The notes under the pieces are model-generated. The model was not told where the DNA came from, ran no database searches, and worked only from the letters and a program-made list of their open reading frames with translations. Position numbers and translations under genes: made by a program. From NCBI RefSeq assembly GCF_964204645.1, contig NC_134026.1:11555950-11619949 (forward strand): 64,000 nucleotides of DNA. Reading direction: 5' to 3'. This DNA is from Tubulanus polymorphus (taxonomy: Eukaryota; Animalia; Nemertea). How positions within the stretch are numbered: the first letter of the stretch is position 1; each line of letters opens with the position of its first letter. Shown here piece after piece: positions 48,580 to 60,702 of the stretch.

Positions 48580-49929
48580 AAAATTTAAAATATAATATTC
48601 CTCCGATTACAATTCCTATACAAGTTAAAGCTAATTTAGCATTTTCATGGGATTTATTATCATCATTTAGTTCAATTATATCATGTTGAATATCACCGTG
48701 TGGGTGCCATATGGCACCATTATCAGTTCTAATATTTTCTGATGTATTGTAATCTTTTATTTTAGAATCATTATTTAATCTAATATTCTTAGTTTTAGTT
48801 TCTGTTGATTGAATATGTTTTTTATTTTTTCACCTTCCATTAATTTTGGAGCAGTAATCTTTTTATATCTTTTTATTTATATCATTTAATCCAAATGAAT
48901 TATTTATTGTTGCAGTTTTAATTAAATTATTATAACCAATTATGTTTCCCATCTTTAATACTAAATCATTAGAAATAATTAATAGATAAGGGCCTATACA
49001 ATAATTTAATCTAATATGTGATTTATCTAAATAATTTTGATATCTTACAATGTTTTCTGGAATCGATCTATTTTTATTATTATGAATGGAATCTTCAAAT
49101 AATACTTTAAATTGTTTCTGCGCATCGAATGAAGTGTTATCATTTCCAATTATTGGGGATCTTGTCTCAACTTGCGCACCTAAAATACAAATTAAATAAT
49201 GGATTGATTTATTCTTTGTATACCAGCTTTAGTAAAACCTTCACTATTTTCTAAAATGAAATTAACCCAACCATTATTGTTTTGTTGTTGTATATTATTA
49301 AAATATTTTGGTAATTCATTCCAATTTAGTGTTCTTATATCTGAATTTGTCATTATTTTTCCAAATTCTTTAGTATACAATATTCCTAATCCACCCATTG
49401 TTCCAATTTTTGCTCTAAAATCTTTATTTGAATTAATATTAAATTCATTACATATTTTATAAAACTTAGAAAAATTAATATTATTATTCAATTCTTTAAA
49501 ATATTTTGAACCTGGTAAAGGACATTCTAATTCATCTAATATTTATTTTATTTGAAAATATGTATGAAATCTAAAAAGTGATAACATCAATGGTAAACTT
49601 GGTTTGTTTAAATGATCATTCCAACTAATTCCGCATCCTGTTGTTGCGCAACAAACAGCAAAATTTAATTGGTTCTGCCAATACTTCATATTAGATTTTA
49701 ATAACCATTGTTTTGCCTCATTTAAATTTTTAAAATTAATTGTTTACACATGAAATATATTTTCCATCTTTACATGAAAATTATTACTTTCAGTAACATA
49801 AATATATAAATCAATTAATGAATCTAAAACTTCATTTCTATATGTTATATCTTTATTAAAATCTATTGCTGGAATATTATATTTAATTGATTTATTATAT
49901 TGGAAAGCTTTTGGAAAACTATCTGCCAT
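48580..49929 (-). pseudogene. Conserved Polinton protein (frameshifted)
   Basis: YWQNQLNFAVCCATTGCG.S..DHL, FRFHTYFQI..IL, G..RINQSI, CILGAQVETR; hydrophobic C-terminus. Confidence 0.65.
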
Positions 49930-49945
49930 TTATATAATTAAAAAA

Positions 49946-50380
49946 TTAATAATTTATTAATTCTTTTAATAATTTATCTTGTTCTTCAACTGTTATATGA
50001 CCATTTAAACTTATTATATAATCTAGTGTATTCTTTAATTTATTAATTTCTTTTTTATTAGTTTTAATTTTTTCTTTATTACTTTTTATATTTAATTTTG
50101 AACTTATACCAGTTAAAACACTTGAACTTAATCTTAATACACCAATTGATATAGCTAAAGGTGTTAATGGACTGAATATTGCTAGAAATGTTATTACAGA
50201 ACTAATTGTAACTGAACCACTTATAATCAAATAATATATAATTTGACATTTTAAATATTTTTTCTTTTTTATCTTTAAGTCACTTTCAAATTCTAATATT
50301 TGTTTTTCTAAATATATTTTTAATTTAGTTTTATTTATATCATGAGGAATAATATCAATATTAACAACTTTATCATCCAT
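49946..50380 (-). CDS. Small predicted membrane protein
   Basis: 144 aa, two hydrophobic stretches, TAAATG start. Confidence 0.6.
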   Translation of the reverse strand: MDDKVVNIDIIPHDINKTKLKIYLEKQILEFESDLKIKKKKYLKCQIIYYLIISGSVTISSVITFLAIFSPLTPLAISIGVLRLSSSVLTGISSKLNIKSNKEKIKTNKKEINKLKNTLDYIISLNGHITVEEQDKLLKELINY

Positions 50381-50399
50381 TTATTTAGCAAAAAAAAAT

Positions 50400-50824
50400 T
50401 ACTGATTAGTAAACTTATAAGCAACAAATATAACAATAACAGTTCCGCCTAAAATCCATATCATTTCATATTTCTTCTGTTCATTACTTGGGGTATAATA
50501 ATCTGATAATTAAGGTTTGTATAGATGTAATTTTTCTTTATTTGTTACTGCGTTATATAAACTCATTGCATCATCAACTGATTGAAAATCTCTATGTGAA
50601 ATCTTCTGATCAAATAATTCCTTGTTAATATAATCCATATAGTTTTGTCGTTTTTCTATATATTCTTCCGCTGCTTTATTGTATTTCTCTAACGCTAAGT
50701 TATGTCTTTTTTGTTCTGTTAATGATCCATTTTTATCAATATGCTTAAATAAATATCCACCACCAGTAAATGCTAAAGCGTTAACAATTGCCGATCCTAT
50801 GATAGTTATAACTGCAGAAGCCAT
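50400..50824 (-). CDS. Conserved small Polinton virion/membrane protein
   Basis: MAS...IGSAIVNALAFTGGGYLF...EQKRHNLALEK; the C-terminal TM segment is frameshifted. Confidence 0.65.
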
Positions 50825-50859
50825 TTATTTAGTAAAATATATTTTTGTTTTTCCAAATA

Positions 50860-51046
50860 ATCAATAGTTAAATTAGATTAAAGTAACTGCTAATGTTAAT
50901 TTTAAAATATCATTTATATCAAATCTATCAACATTAACACTTCCCATTTTGAATACTTCTTTAAATACCATTGAATAACCAACAGTTCCAACTGATAGTA
51001 ATGCGCCATTATATAATCCAGTTATTATCCACTTATTATCACTCAT
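50860..51046 (-). CDS. Small hydrophobic Polinton protein (not in the ORF track)
   Basis: MSDNKWIITGLYNGALLSVGTVGYSMVFK...DILKLTLAVTL; ATGA overlap with the upstream ORF. Confidence 0.5.
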
Positions 51047-51402
51047 TTATTTATCAAAAAATTACTATCTTCAAAATATTTAGTTATCTTATTTATGATT
51101 AATTCAACATTTATTTCATTACTAGTTTCATTTGTATATATTTCAATTATTATTTTTTTAATATCATCGATGATAAAATCTTCATCTAATTCATAAAATC
51201 TTAAAGATTCTCTAATTAAATTAGTAATCTTTTCTACATTTAAAGTTTCTTTATCTATTGTTGTTTCAAACTCAAATGTTGTTTCATTTGAAAATGCAAT
51301 ATTTTTAATATGTGTTATTACATCATTAACGTTAAATTTCATTTCTTTCTCACGTTTAAAATCAAATCCAAAACATATACTCGGTCCAACAGTTATATTC
51401 AT
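51043..51402 (-). CDS. Polinton hypothetical protein
   Basis: 119 aa with a T-run plus TAAATG start. Confidence 0.55.
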   Translation of the reverse strand: MNITVGPSICFGFDFKREKEMKFNVNDVITHIKNIAFSNETTFEFETTIDKETLNVEKITNLIRESLRFYELDEDFIIDDIKKIIIEIYTNETSNEINVELIINKITKYFEDSNFLINK

Positions 51403-51419
51403 TTATATAGTGAAAAAAT

Positions 51420-52176
51420 TACTCTTTACATCTTATAACTAATTCATATATCACAGGAAAGTTATTTAAATCTATTAAATAACCATTATGATTTCTTATT
51501 TCTAATTTAAAATTATTAAAATGTGGAATACAAGGTTGAAATCACATTCAGCTAAATTATAATTTATTTGAGTTCCAAATTGTTTAACATTTTTTAGCGG
51601 TAAAATATTTAGTATACTAGAACTACAAATTGTTTCTTTAGTTGCTTCGAAAGTTTTTGTAGGCTCGATTAAATTGCAATAAATATAAAAGTGTGTAAAA
51701 GGTATTATATTTGAATTACCATCTACGTTTCCTGTAACAGTATCTGGTACAATTCCTAACAGTTTAGCTATAGGTTTTTTTACCATAAATGCATGTTGAC
51801 TTACATCATATACCTTTATTTTAATTTTATTTGTGCTATCACTTTTTATAAATCTAATTAAAAATTTATCATCTCTTCTAATTTTCAACCGTGCTCTACG
51901 ATTAATTTCTTGAGCTAATGTTTCTAAATTATATAATCCTGGTTTTAAAATTAGATGAAACCATTTATCTACATTTCTAATATGAATTAAAACAGTATTA
52001 TCTTCAATAGTTTTATCCGATATATTATAAAAAGAATTACATAAACTTACATTTACTAATTTTAAATCAACACAATTCTTAAATTCTCTATCTAATTGTA
52101 CTAGTAAATTATGTGATTTATAATTTGTAAGTTTTCTAGAATCAACAAATATTCTGTATTATTTTAATTCTACCAT
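51420..52176 (-). pseudogene. Minor capsid (penton-like) protein, interrupted
   Basis: LVNVSLCNSFYNI, LKPGLYNLE, FYIYCNLI, LNILP, IRNHNGYLIDLNNFPV.YEL. Confidence 0.7.
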
Positions 52177-52193
52177 TTATTTTACATATTTTC

Positions 52194-52547
52194 TTATTCG
52201 AAATCTATTTCATGGTGCCCTTTTTCATTCTTACCTTTGTATACGAAATAGAAATCACCAGAACATAATTCTTCTAGATCTTCACTTGATAATCTATGAA
52301 ATCTATCCGGTAAATATGTTCTGAATTTATGTGTATTTCCTTTTAATCCTTCATATTCTAAGTGTATAACTAATTTATCTCCATATTTGTTAGTAACTGT
52401 ATCAATATTTGTAATTAGATATTTCTTATAGATTATTAATTCTTTTAACTTCTTAAATTTATAATCTACTGATTTGACATTTGAAGTATCTTTTATTCTA
52501 TCTAGAAATAATTTGTTGTTCTCACTGTGTGCTTGTTTACTCTCCAT
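52194..52547 (-). CDS. Small protein next to pPolB, possibly an OB-fold ssDNA-binding protein
   Basis: FKKLKEL...Y.I.....V.NKYG..LVIHL...F.TYLP.RF. The function is inferred only. Confidence 0.45.
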   Translation of the reverse strand: MESKQAHSENNKLFLDRIKDTSNVKSVDYKFKKLKELIIYKKYLITNIDTVTNKYGDKLVIHLEYEGLKGNTHKFRTYLPDRFHRLSSEDLEELCSGDFYFVYKGKNEKGHHEIDFE

Positions 52548-52576
52548 TTATAATACATATTTTTATTAAAATTTGA

Positions 52577-55500
52577 TTAACACGTTAGAATTCTTTTCAT
52601 TATCTCGTTCTCTTTGGTTTCTTCTCTTTTGAACTTTAGATATTCATCTAAATTACAACCATATGTAACTGTATGAATTCCATCATCTAAAATATATCTT
52701 TTATCATCAAATGGATTCAAACTAACCTTTTCAATTTCTTCAATAAACATTTCATGATCTTCAAATCTTAAACATCTCATCTTATGTTTTCTAACTTCTT
52801 CATTGAATATACAATTGATGTAATCTTTGAAATGAATATTCTTTTCTACTACACTTTTGGTTATTCCTTTTAACTTTTTAGCTTCATGTTCTTTAGTTTT
52901 ATATGAATACATTTTAGATCTAATACCGATGAACTCTATCATTTCTTCACCACCTAATTCATCTTTGAATTTACCAGGAACTTTTTTATTATCATTGCTA
53001 AACAATTCATGATTTTTAGGATAGTTACTGAAATCAAAATGATGTTTTAATGTTTTTAAATCATCTGTTATGTTATCAGTTTTTATCTTTAATATGTAAG
53101 AATCTGTATCAAAATATAGTATTTCTATATGTTTTTCTCCAAAAAGTGGTTGTAATACATTATAATAGAATTCATACATTAGTAATTTTGATAATTCTAA
53201 AACTGACGCACCAACATAGATTGGTTTATTAAATTTCATAGAAGTTCTTCTCATTTTAACTGCGGCTAAATTTTCATCAAATATTCTGTTACCTAAAAAC
53301 TTAGGATATGTTTGTAAATGCCTTATCCTTTTACCATTACTAACTAACTCAATATGATTTCTATTTCTAATATTTTCACAAGTCTTACCATAGAATGCAT
53401 TATTCATTAACTTGAAGAAATCTTTCTCAAAATCGGTTTTAGCTTTAGTTCTCTGTTTGGTGTTAAAATCTATATATTTTTCTAACCACTTAGATTGACT
53501 GAATGAAATATATCTATGTACTTTTTTTAGAACCATTCCTTGTTTTAGATAAAACTTTAACATTCTATAATGTACTACATAATTATATTTATCTTCTTGA
53601 GTTACCATTAACTTTTCTGTATGAATATGATTTTCAGGTTTAATTCTTTTTTGGTAATTTGATAATTCTTCATGAGTTACAGTTTTATGTTCGGGACAGT
53701 AAGCTAGATTTCTAAATTTAAATTTAATATGTTCAGGATATTCTAAATCTACAACAAAGAAGTAACCAGTATCTGAATCATCTGCAATATCTAGAATTCT
53801 TTTCTTCAAATCAAATTTATCATTATTCCATAAGGTTGTGGTTCCATCATTGCCCAACCATACAAATTATTTGCATCTATATATAATAACTTATATCCAG
53901 GGTTATCATTTACATTGAAATATCTATCACCTAATACACCTGAAACTCCTCCTCTTATAGATTTTTCAAATAATAATAATTGATCTATATTTGTTAACAA
54001 ATCCATTTTTATATCTGTAAATTTTAATCCACAATCCCATGTTAATCCTGGACTAGAATAACAATGACAAGGATCAATATTGAAATATTTTAGGTTTACA
54101 TCTCTAAACCTTTCGAATATATCGGTTAATAATAATACATCTGATTTTAAATATAAATCTACTAATTGCCCATGATTTTCTATTTTGAAATGATTCCAAA
54201 TATTCAATGTTCTATTATATACTTCATCTTTAACATATTCATTTTTTAATTCATCATAGAATTGTTCTTTTAATAATTCAGTTATATTGAAATCATTATG
54301 TGATTTATAAAATGAATATGGAATTGCTCCTTTATATTTTATTAATTGAAAATCATCATTATTTGGGTAGTGTTGTTTTAATATTTTCAATTCATCATCA
54401 ACTAATGATTTTGATAAGTTATCTAATGAACTATTTAAAAATCTATATGAATCTATAAATCTTAGGCAACCAAATTGGAATGATATATAATTCTCAGATG
54501 TTTTAGCTAACATTCTAAATTTATAAGTTGGTATTTTATCTTTTGATCTATTTGAATTTAATCTTTCTATTTCGTTATTAATTTCTTCTATTTTATGACA
54601 TAACTGTTTGATAAATAAATGTGCATCATATCCTGATAGATTATGAAATATAACTGGTACAAAGTTAATTTTCTTAGCTTGTAAGTTACAATTCTCATGC
54701 GCGGCGCCTCTAAACTTTCCATTCAAATGATCATGGTCTCTTACTTTTTTATCTTTATAATTAAATATCTTTTCACAATAATAACATTTATCTGCAAACG
54801 CAAATTCTTCTTTATCTTCTTCTGTCATTATAATTTCTATATTATTATTCAATAATTTACTAAATCTTATTTCATATTCAATTAATAAGTCACAAAAATG
54901 ATTGATAACATTTTCATTTCTATAATCATAATATTCACTTTCAATTAGTTCTGGATAATCAGATTTAATATATAACCCGAAAGCAGCAGCTGATTGATGA
55001 ATCTTTTTAATAGTATTTGTTTTTGGTGGTTCTTCAGAATAATCATTTTCATTAGAATTTAATTTCTTTCTTTTATAATATATTTCTTTTCTATCTTGAT
55101 CAGTTAATTCTTTATTTAATGATTCAAAATCTCCATATATTATAAATGGTACTTTATTTTTGTAATCATATTTTTTGAATTCTAATATTTTATCCTTTTC
55201 ATTTGGTAAGACTAATTTACAATAATCATGATTTTCACATAATTGTTTATGATTTAATAATGTACTTTCATTACTGAATCTATGTAAACATTTTCTTCAA
55301 AGATATATTTTATGGTGATCACTTTCTGATTTAAAAAATAAATCGATTTGTTTAATCCACATATAATGATTCTCATAATACAGTATATCTATAACATCGT
55401 TTGAATCATAATCTTTTGATAGATATAAAGGTTCTAATGTATAATGTTTTATATTGTTACCTTTTGTATTTGGTAATTTGATTAAATCAAATACATTTAT

Positions 55501-55677
55501 CTTTATATTATTATCTCTTTCTATTTTTGGGATGTTTTTAATTATAACAGGATACTTATCTATCTTATAATTATTTTCAAATTGTTTATAAAATTGTTTT
55601 AGTTTTATTGTGTCTTGATTTTTGGGATTTATCTATATTGATATATATGTTGGACAGTAGTACTTATTTGCTTCCAT
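52577..55677 (-). pseudogene. Protein-primed family B DNA polymerase with endonuclease-VII-like insert (frameshifted)
   Basis: IYGDFES, CYYC...VRDHDH..GKFRGAAH..CN, FHNLSGYDAH, FIDSYRF, YIDANNLYG, KLMNNAFYGKT, YFDTDS. Confidence 0.95.
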
Positions 55678-55697
55678 TTTAATACTAAATTTTTTAT

Positions 55698-56259
55698 TAA
55701 AATTGATTTTAGAAGTTCAATGATTTAAATATGAATTATTTCAATCACACTTTACTAACACTTTTAATGTTTAAAAATCTAACTCATACAAATATGAATA
55801 ATGAAATAATGTTGTAAATATATACTTTTATATTGAATAATCTGTCAATTTAAATGTTATTCATTTATATGATTATTTTAAGAGTAATAGGGGTAATGGG
55901 CTTTCAGGTTAAAGGTTGAATGGTCGAGTTCATTAAAACAAATATTAAAAGTAATTTAAAACTATAATATATTTTCATAACCGTGTGTATTTCAGTTGAA
56001 TAATAGAATAATTATTATTATTAAAATATATTTGATTATATGAATTTGTGTATTGTAAATAAATGGAGCGACCAATTGATTTAATACAATATGCATTTAA
56101 AATTTAAATTATTGATATCTTAGAATAAATATTTAGTTATAATATAAAATGCACACGGTTATGAAAATATATTATAGTTTTAAATTACTTTTAATGTTTT
56201 GTTTTTTAATGAGCTCGACCGTTCGACCTTTGGCCTGAAAGCCCATTACCCCTATTACT
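55698..56259 (-). repeat. Polinton right TIR, containing an internal hairpin (55883-56259)
   Basis: Mirror of the left TIR with a short deletion at the hairpin apex. Confidence 0.93.
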
Positions 56260-57136
56260 GATAACGGGTTTTCTGCACAGTCATAGAATCTTGTTCAACG
56301 GTGGATTTCGACAAAGCATTTGATGAGGCACAGCATCAGCCATTACTAAACAGGCTATTAGGAAACAGTATCAATGATAGGTCGCCCAAATGGCTCAGCA
56401 GTTATCTCTGAACGAAAACTTGTAGCCGAAATCAACGGAACGCCTCATCTTGGAATAAGTCGGTCAAACTAGTGGAGTCACGCAAGGTAGTATCCTAAGT
56501 TGTCTTCTGTTTAATGTCCTGACAAATGACATACACAGTAATCCAACATATACCAGACCAAGTAAATTTCCAAATCGACCTTAACACGCTGTTCGACCAA
56601 AAAACTTAATGTTCCAACAAGAAAATCTTGTTCGAATGAAAATAATTCTGTTTGATCGAACAATACGCTTTTTGCTTGAACCAAAAATTTTCTTCATTCT
56701 CACAAAAAATGTGTTCGAATAAAAAGCTATGTTATTGTTGAAATGAAAAATTTGGTTGAGCGAAAACAATTTTTTCGAACGAATGTTTGAATGAAAACAA
56801 TTCTGTTCGATTGAACGAAATACTTAATACTTTCGGTTCGGCGAAAAAGCTTTTTTCAATATACTTGTTCGAAAGAAAAACTTAATGTTCTGACAAGAAA
56901 ATTCTGTTCAAATTAAAACGATTCTGTTCGATTGAACGATTGTTCGAACGAAAAACCTTTCGTTTGGACAAAAAAAAGTTTGTTCAACTTTGTTCTAACG
57001 ATTTTTTCAAATTGGTTCAATCTAAAAGAATATTATTGGTTCGAACGAAATAAATTTTGTTCCGACGAAAGAATTTTCAAGCGAAAGGTCTTTTGAACGA
57101 AAGAAAAGATATTTATGGTGCTCCGCAGTAACTTAA

Positions 57137-57760
57137 AGCCGGATGTAGGTTGGTCTTATGACACGATGCGATCCTCGCGTTGCATCGCAAGTTTCGGTGC
57201 AAGTCGGTTGCGATACGATTGTGTGCGACTAGTTTCTGCCAGTCGCAAGAGCTCGTCGGTTGGTTGTGACAGTCGTGTCGCGTCACAGAAATCAGAACAC
57301 GTGCGAATCCTTGTGACTGGCGTTGCCGAAAGTCGCAACCCGTCGCAAGGGAGCGTAGGTCGATGAGTTGTGGCGACACAATCGTCGCTGGCAGTCGCAG
57401 TGGTTGGGTTTGCTGGCGGTCGCAGTGATTGGCGTCGCAGTGAGTCACAAGCCGTTGCAAGGCCGACCTACGCCCTACTTATCGTGTCGCATCGCAAGTT
57501 TCGGTTCAAGTCGGTTGTGATACGATTGTGTGCGACTAGTTTCTGCCAGTCGCGAGAGCGCGTCGGTTGGTTGTGACAGTCGTGTCGCGTCGCAGAAAGT
57601 AGAACACATGCGACTCTTGTGACTGGCGTTGCTGAAAGTCGCAACCCGTCGCAAGGGAGCGTAGGTCGATGAGTCGTTGCGACACAATCGTCGCTGGCGG
57701 TCGCTGTGATTGGCGTCGCAGTGAGTCACAAGCCGTGGCAAGGTCGACCTACGCCCTGCT
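57137..57760. mobile_element. PIF/Harbinger-like MITE with a ~300-bp internal duplication and GTCGCA/TGCGAC motifs
   Basis: Imperfect TIRs AGCCGGATGTAGGTTGG and CGACCTACGCCCTGCT, with TAA on both sides. Confidence 0.65.
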
Positions 57761-59120
57761 TAAGTCATTAGGAATTAATGAAATACCAGTTTCATTTATG
57801 ATGAAAAAACTCAAATGAAAAGTCAGCTCAGCTGTCTGCTCAGACGAAATTTTCAAAAAACCTTCATTTTTGGCAATAAAATTGATAATTGTGATTGATA
57901 GTTGCAAATCACAACCAGTTAATCACTAATTAACATGCATTTTAATAAATCTGATTCCTCCTTTACAGTGAACTTAGCTTTAACCTAGTAGAGGCTACTA
58001 GCCTATGTAGGCCTATGTATATGCATAGGCCTAACATCCGGACAGATTGGTCGTAGGCCTTTTGAATAACAACCCACCTAAATATCGTAAATTTTGTTTT
58101 GAAGTTCAATCCAATAAGTCCGTTAATAAACGCAACAATTATACTGTGTTTGTTTGAAACAGTAAAGCTCAGTACCGGTAGGCCTAAAGCCACGTAAAAC
58201 TCGATAAACACTCAAGCGACACAGCGAACGATCTCCTTTCCCCCACAGCGAACGATTACTTCGAATGTGACGAGTCCAGCATACGGAAAGGAGTGTGTTA
58301 TATACTTGTATTTAGTAAATACCTTGTGCATTTGACAATGATCGGTATGTACTGTAGGAAATATCGAGTATTGATGGTATTGATATAGAGGTTGAAGCCC
58401 GCGGCCGAATAAAGTAATATATTATTTTATTTTGATACCTCATCGACATAACAGCTTTTCTCCACTATATCTCTTCGGCGTGTTTCGTTTAGGCCTACGA
58501 CTCCCCGGTATACTTATGATTATCTTAGTAAATACACGGTTAATTTGGTAAAGAAAAATAGGTATTAAACTAACTGCTTGAAGCCCGCAACCAAATCACT
58601 GGTAGTAATAAATTAATTTGTACTCGATTTGATTCTCATGACGAGGAGAAACTCGCAGCTGATCCCCGAAACGACGATATAGTGACACACGTCGATTCGT
58701 CGATGTTTACGGCTCGGCAGTGCTTTTAAAATCTAAAGTAGTAAATATCCTGTATATCGGTAATATGATTTGATGAGGAAAATGGGCTATTGTTAAAATT
58801 AGTTTTTAAAAACCGCGACAGACTGTGCAATCTCTGGGTAATAAATTTGTTAATTTATGCTTTCATTGATAATCGACGTGACAAGAAACGTGCGGTAGAT
58901 TTCGTAAAGACGACTTAGAAAAACATGTCGGCTCTTTGAATGGGGCTCAATTTTCGATGTTTACGGCCCGACAGTGCTTTTGTAACGTTGATTCTTCAAA
59001 ATTCGCACGGAGTATTTGTAGATCGAAGTGAGCTGAATGATATCAGACGGATTGTATCGGCAACAGCGGTAATGTAAAAAAGCCTATGTACTTTTGACAA
59101 AAAAGTGTGGAAAAAAAAAT

Positions 59121-60702
59121 AAATGTAGCTGCAAAGCAGCGATAACGGGTTTCTGCCTTGCTGGATGATGAGTTTTCAACATTAACGCCCCCTAGTGGTT
59201 AGAATAGGAACTAATTATGTCAGGGATTCGTTGTATCTTATATCCAGGTACATGTATATCAATTTTCATAGAGACCCCTTTATCCGCTTAGTAGCTATCA
59301 ATGAAAATGCATTTCCAGCAAAATGTAGGTGGCGCTCCCGGAGAACCATATAAGTTACCTACTTAAACCATACATAAATACAAGTATCTTGAAAAGGGCT
59401 ACTAACCACTCATTGCAACCTCGATTCTATCGCCAACGGTTAAGGACCTAGGAGCAAAAATCGTTGTTTTCGCATTCCCCTAGTGGCAATTGTATGAACT
59501 AATCATACAGGATGGCATATTACACACATGTCTTTGTACTTATACCAAGTTTTGTGATTTTCATAATAAACAGACGGCATAAAATGCGAAAAATGGATGC
59601 TGAAATCGATTTTTCAAAATTTACGCCCCCTAGTGGTTAAAATGGGAACTAATCATATGTGGGGTTCGTTTTGTTTAGTAACCAGTTACATGTGTATCAA
59701 TTTTTATAGAAATCCATTGATACCCTTAGTCGATATAGATGAAAATGCGTATTCCAGCATATTATAGGTGGCGCTACTGGAGAACCATATGAGTTACATA
59801 GTTATACCATACATGAATAAAAGCGTCTTCGCAAGGGCTACTGATCACTCGTTGCAACCACGATTCTATCTCCAACGGTTAAGGAGCTAGGAGCAAAAAT
59901 CTCATTAAAAAATTTGGGGGTCCATTTTTGAGCCCGTAGAGCCCAAACGGTAAATCGCAGATAGGGCGTGCCATTGACTTTTTTAACCTCCGGGCTGTTA
60001 TGAACAACTTTCGTGCTCGCCCGAAGCTGAAAAGTCAAAGACAAAAAATTTTCTCACACAGTAACTTTTTGATGTCAGAATTTTCAAATGTAAAACACCC
60101 TGGTTGGTGAACGGGGTCCCCGATCTAAGATCCCCTCGACTTACCTCAAGGTACCTGTGTTCCGTACATCTCACGAAAGTTTCAAGTAAATCCGTCAAGG
60201 AATATTGTAATGCTAATAGAATATAGCCATCCAGGCTCTCGCGTATAGATACCGTAGCTGCATTCATTAGCTCTATCCAGGGAAGTTACTGCAAGGGCTA
60301 TTGCTTGTATATGCGGCACAAAAATTCCTCAGTTGCGTTTACTCGAGACTGACCTCATTCAGTGCGCCACATATATATAAAGATACTTAAAAACTACAGA
60401 TCTAGTACACCAGCTCTATCACTGCTTATATGGACACTGACACAAACAGACGCACTGACGCGCTGTGGGAATGACACCTAGGCAATACACATACGTAGAT
60501 GGATACTGTTTGAATCGGGCTTAAATTTCGATGTTTAGAGGCTCACAGTGAGTAAACAGTGCAATTCTGATTAATATCACGTACAGTATTTGTCAACGCG
60601 GCGTTGTACTTGTGATACAGAATGGTTTCACCGACAGTGAAAGTAAGTTGCAGTTGTTTATATCATTTCAGTAAGATCCAGTGTGAAAAAGAATATAATA
60701 AT
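59121..60702 (-). mobile_element. HINE family B body (no adjacent head)
   Basis: Same 3' stem-loop as family A but subTIR GGGTTTCTGC. Internal sequence duplicated in 60703-62588. Confidence 0.72.

Larger units (their letters stand above)
38883..56259. mobile_element. Polinton/Maverick (adintovirus-type endogenous virus), complete boundaries
   Basis: AGTAATAGGGG termini, 6-bp TSD GATAAC (38877-38882 and 56260-56265), ~600-bp TIRs, and pPolB, integrase, ATPase, MCP and penton genes. Very AT-rich. Confidence 0.97.
38857..59120 (-). mobile_element. HINE family A body interrupted by the Polinton and a Harbinger MITE
   Basis: 3' stem-loop at 38864-38876; the element resumes at 56260 with GATAACGGGTTTTCTG and ends near 59120. 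Confidence 0.75.

Noticed and set aside
57113-57741. Overlapping ORFs in the GC-rich insert
   Set aside because: Products of a repetitive MITE with no protein motifs.
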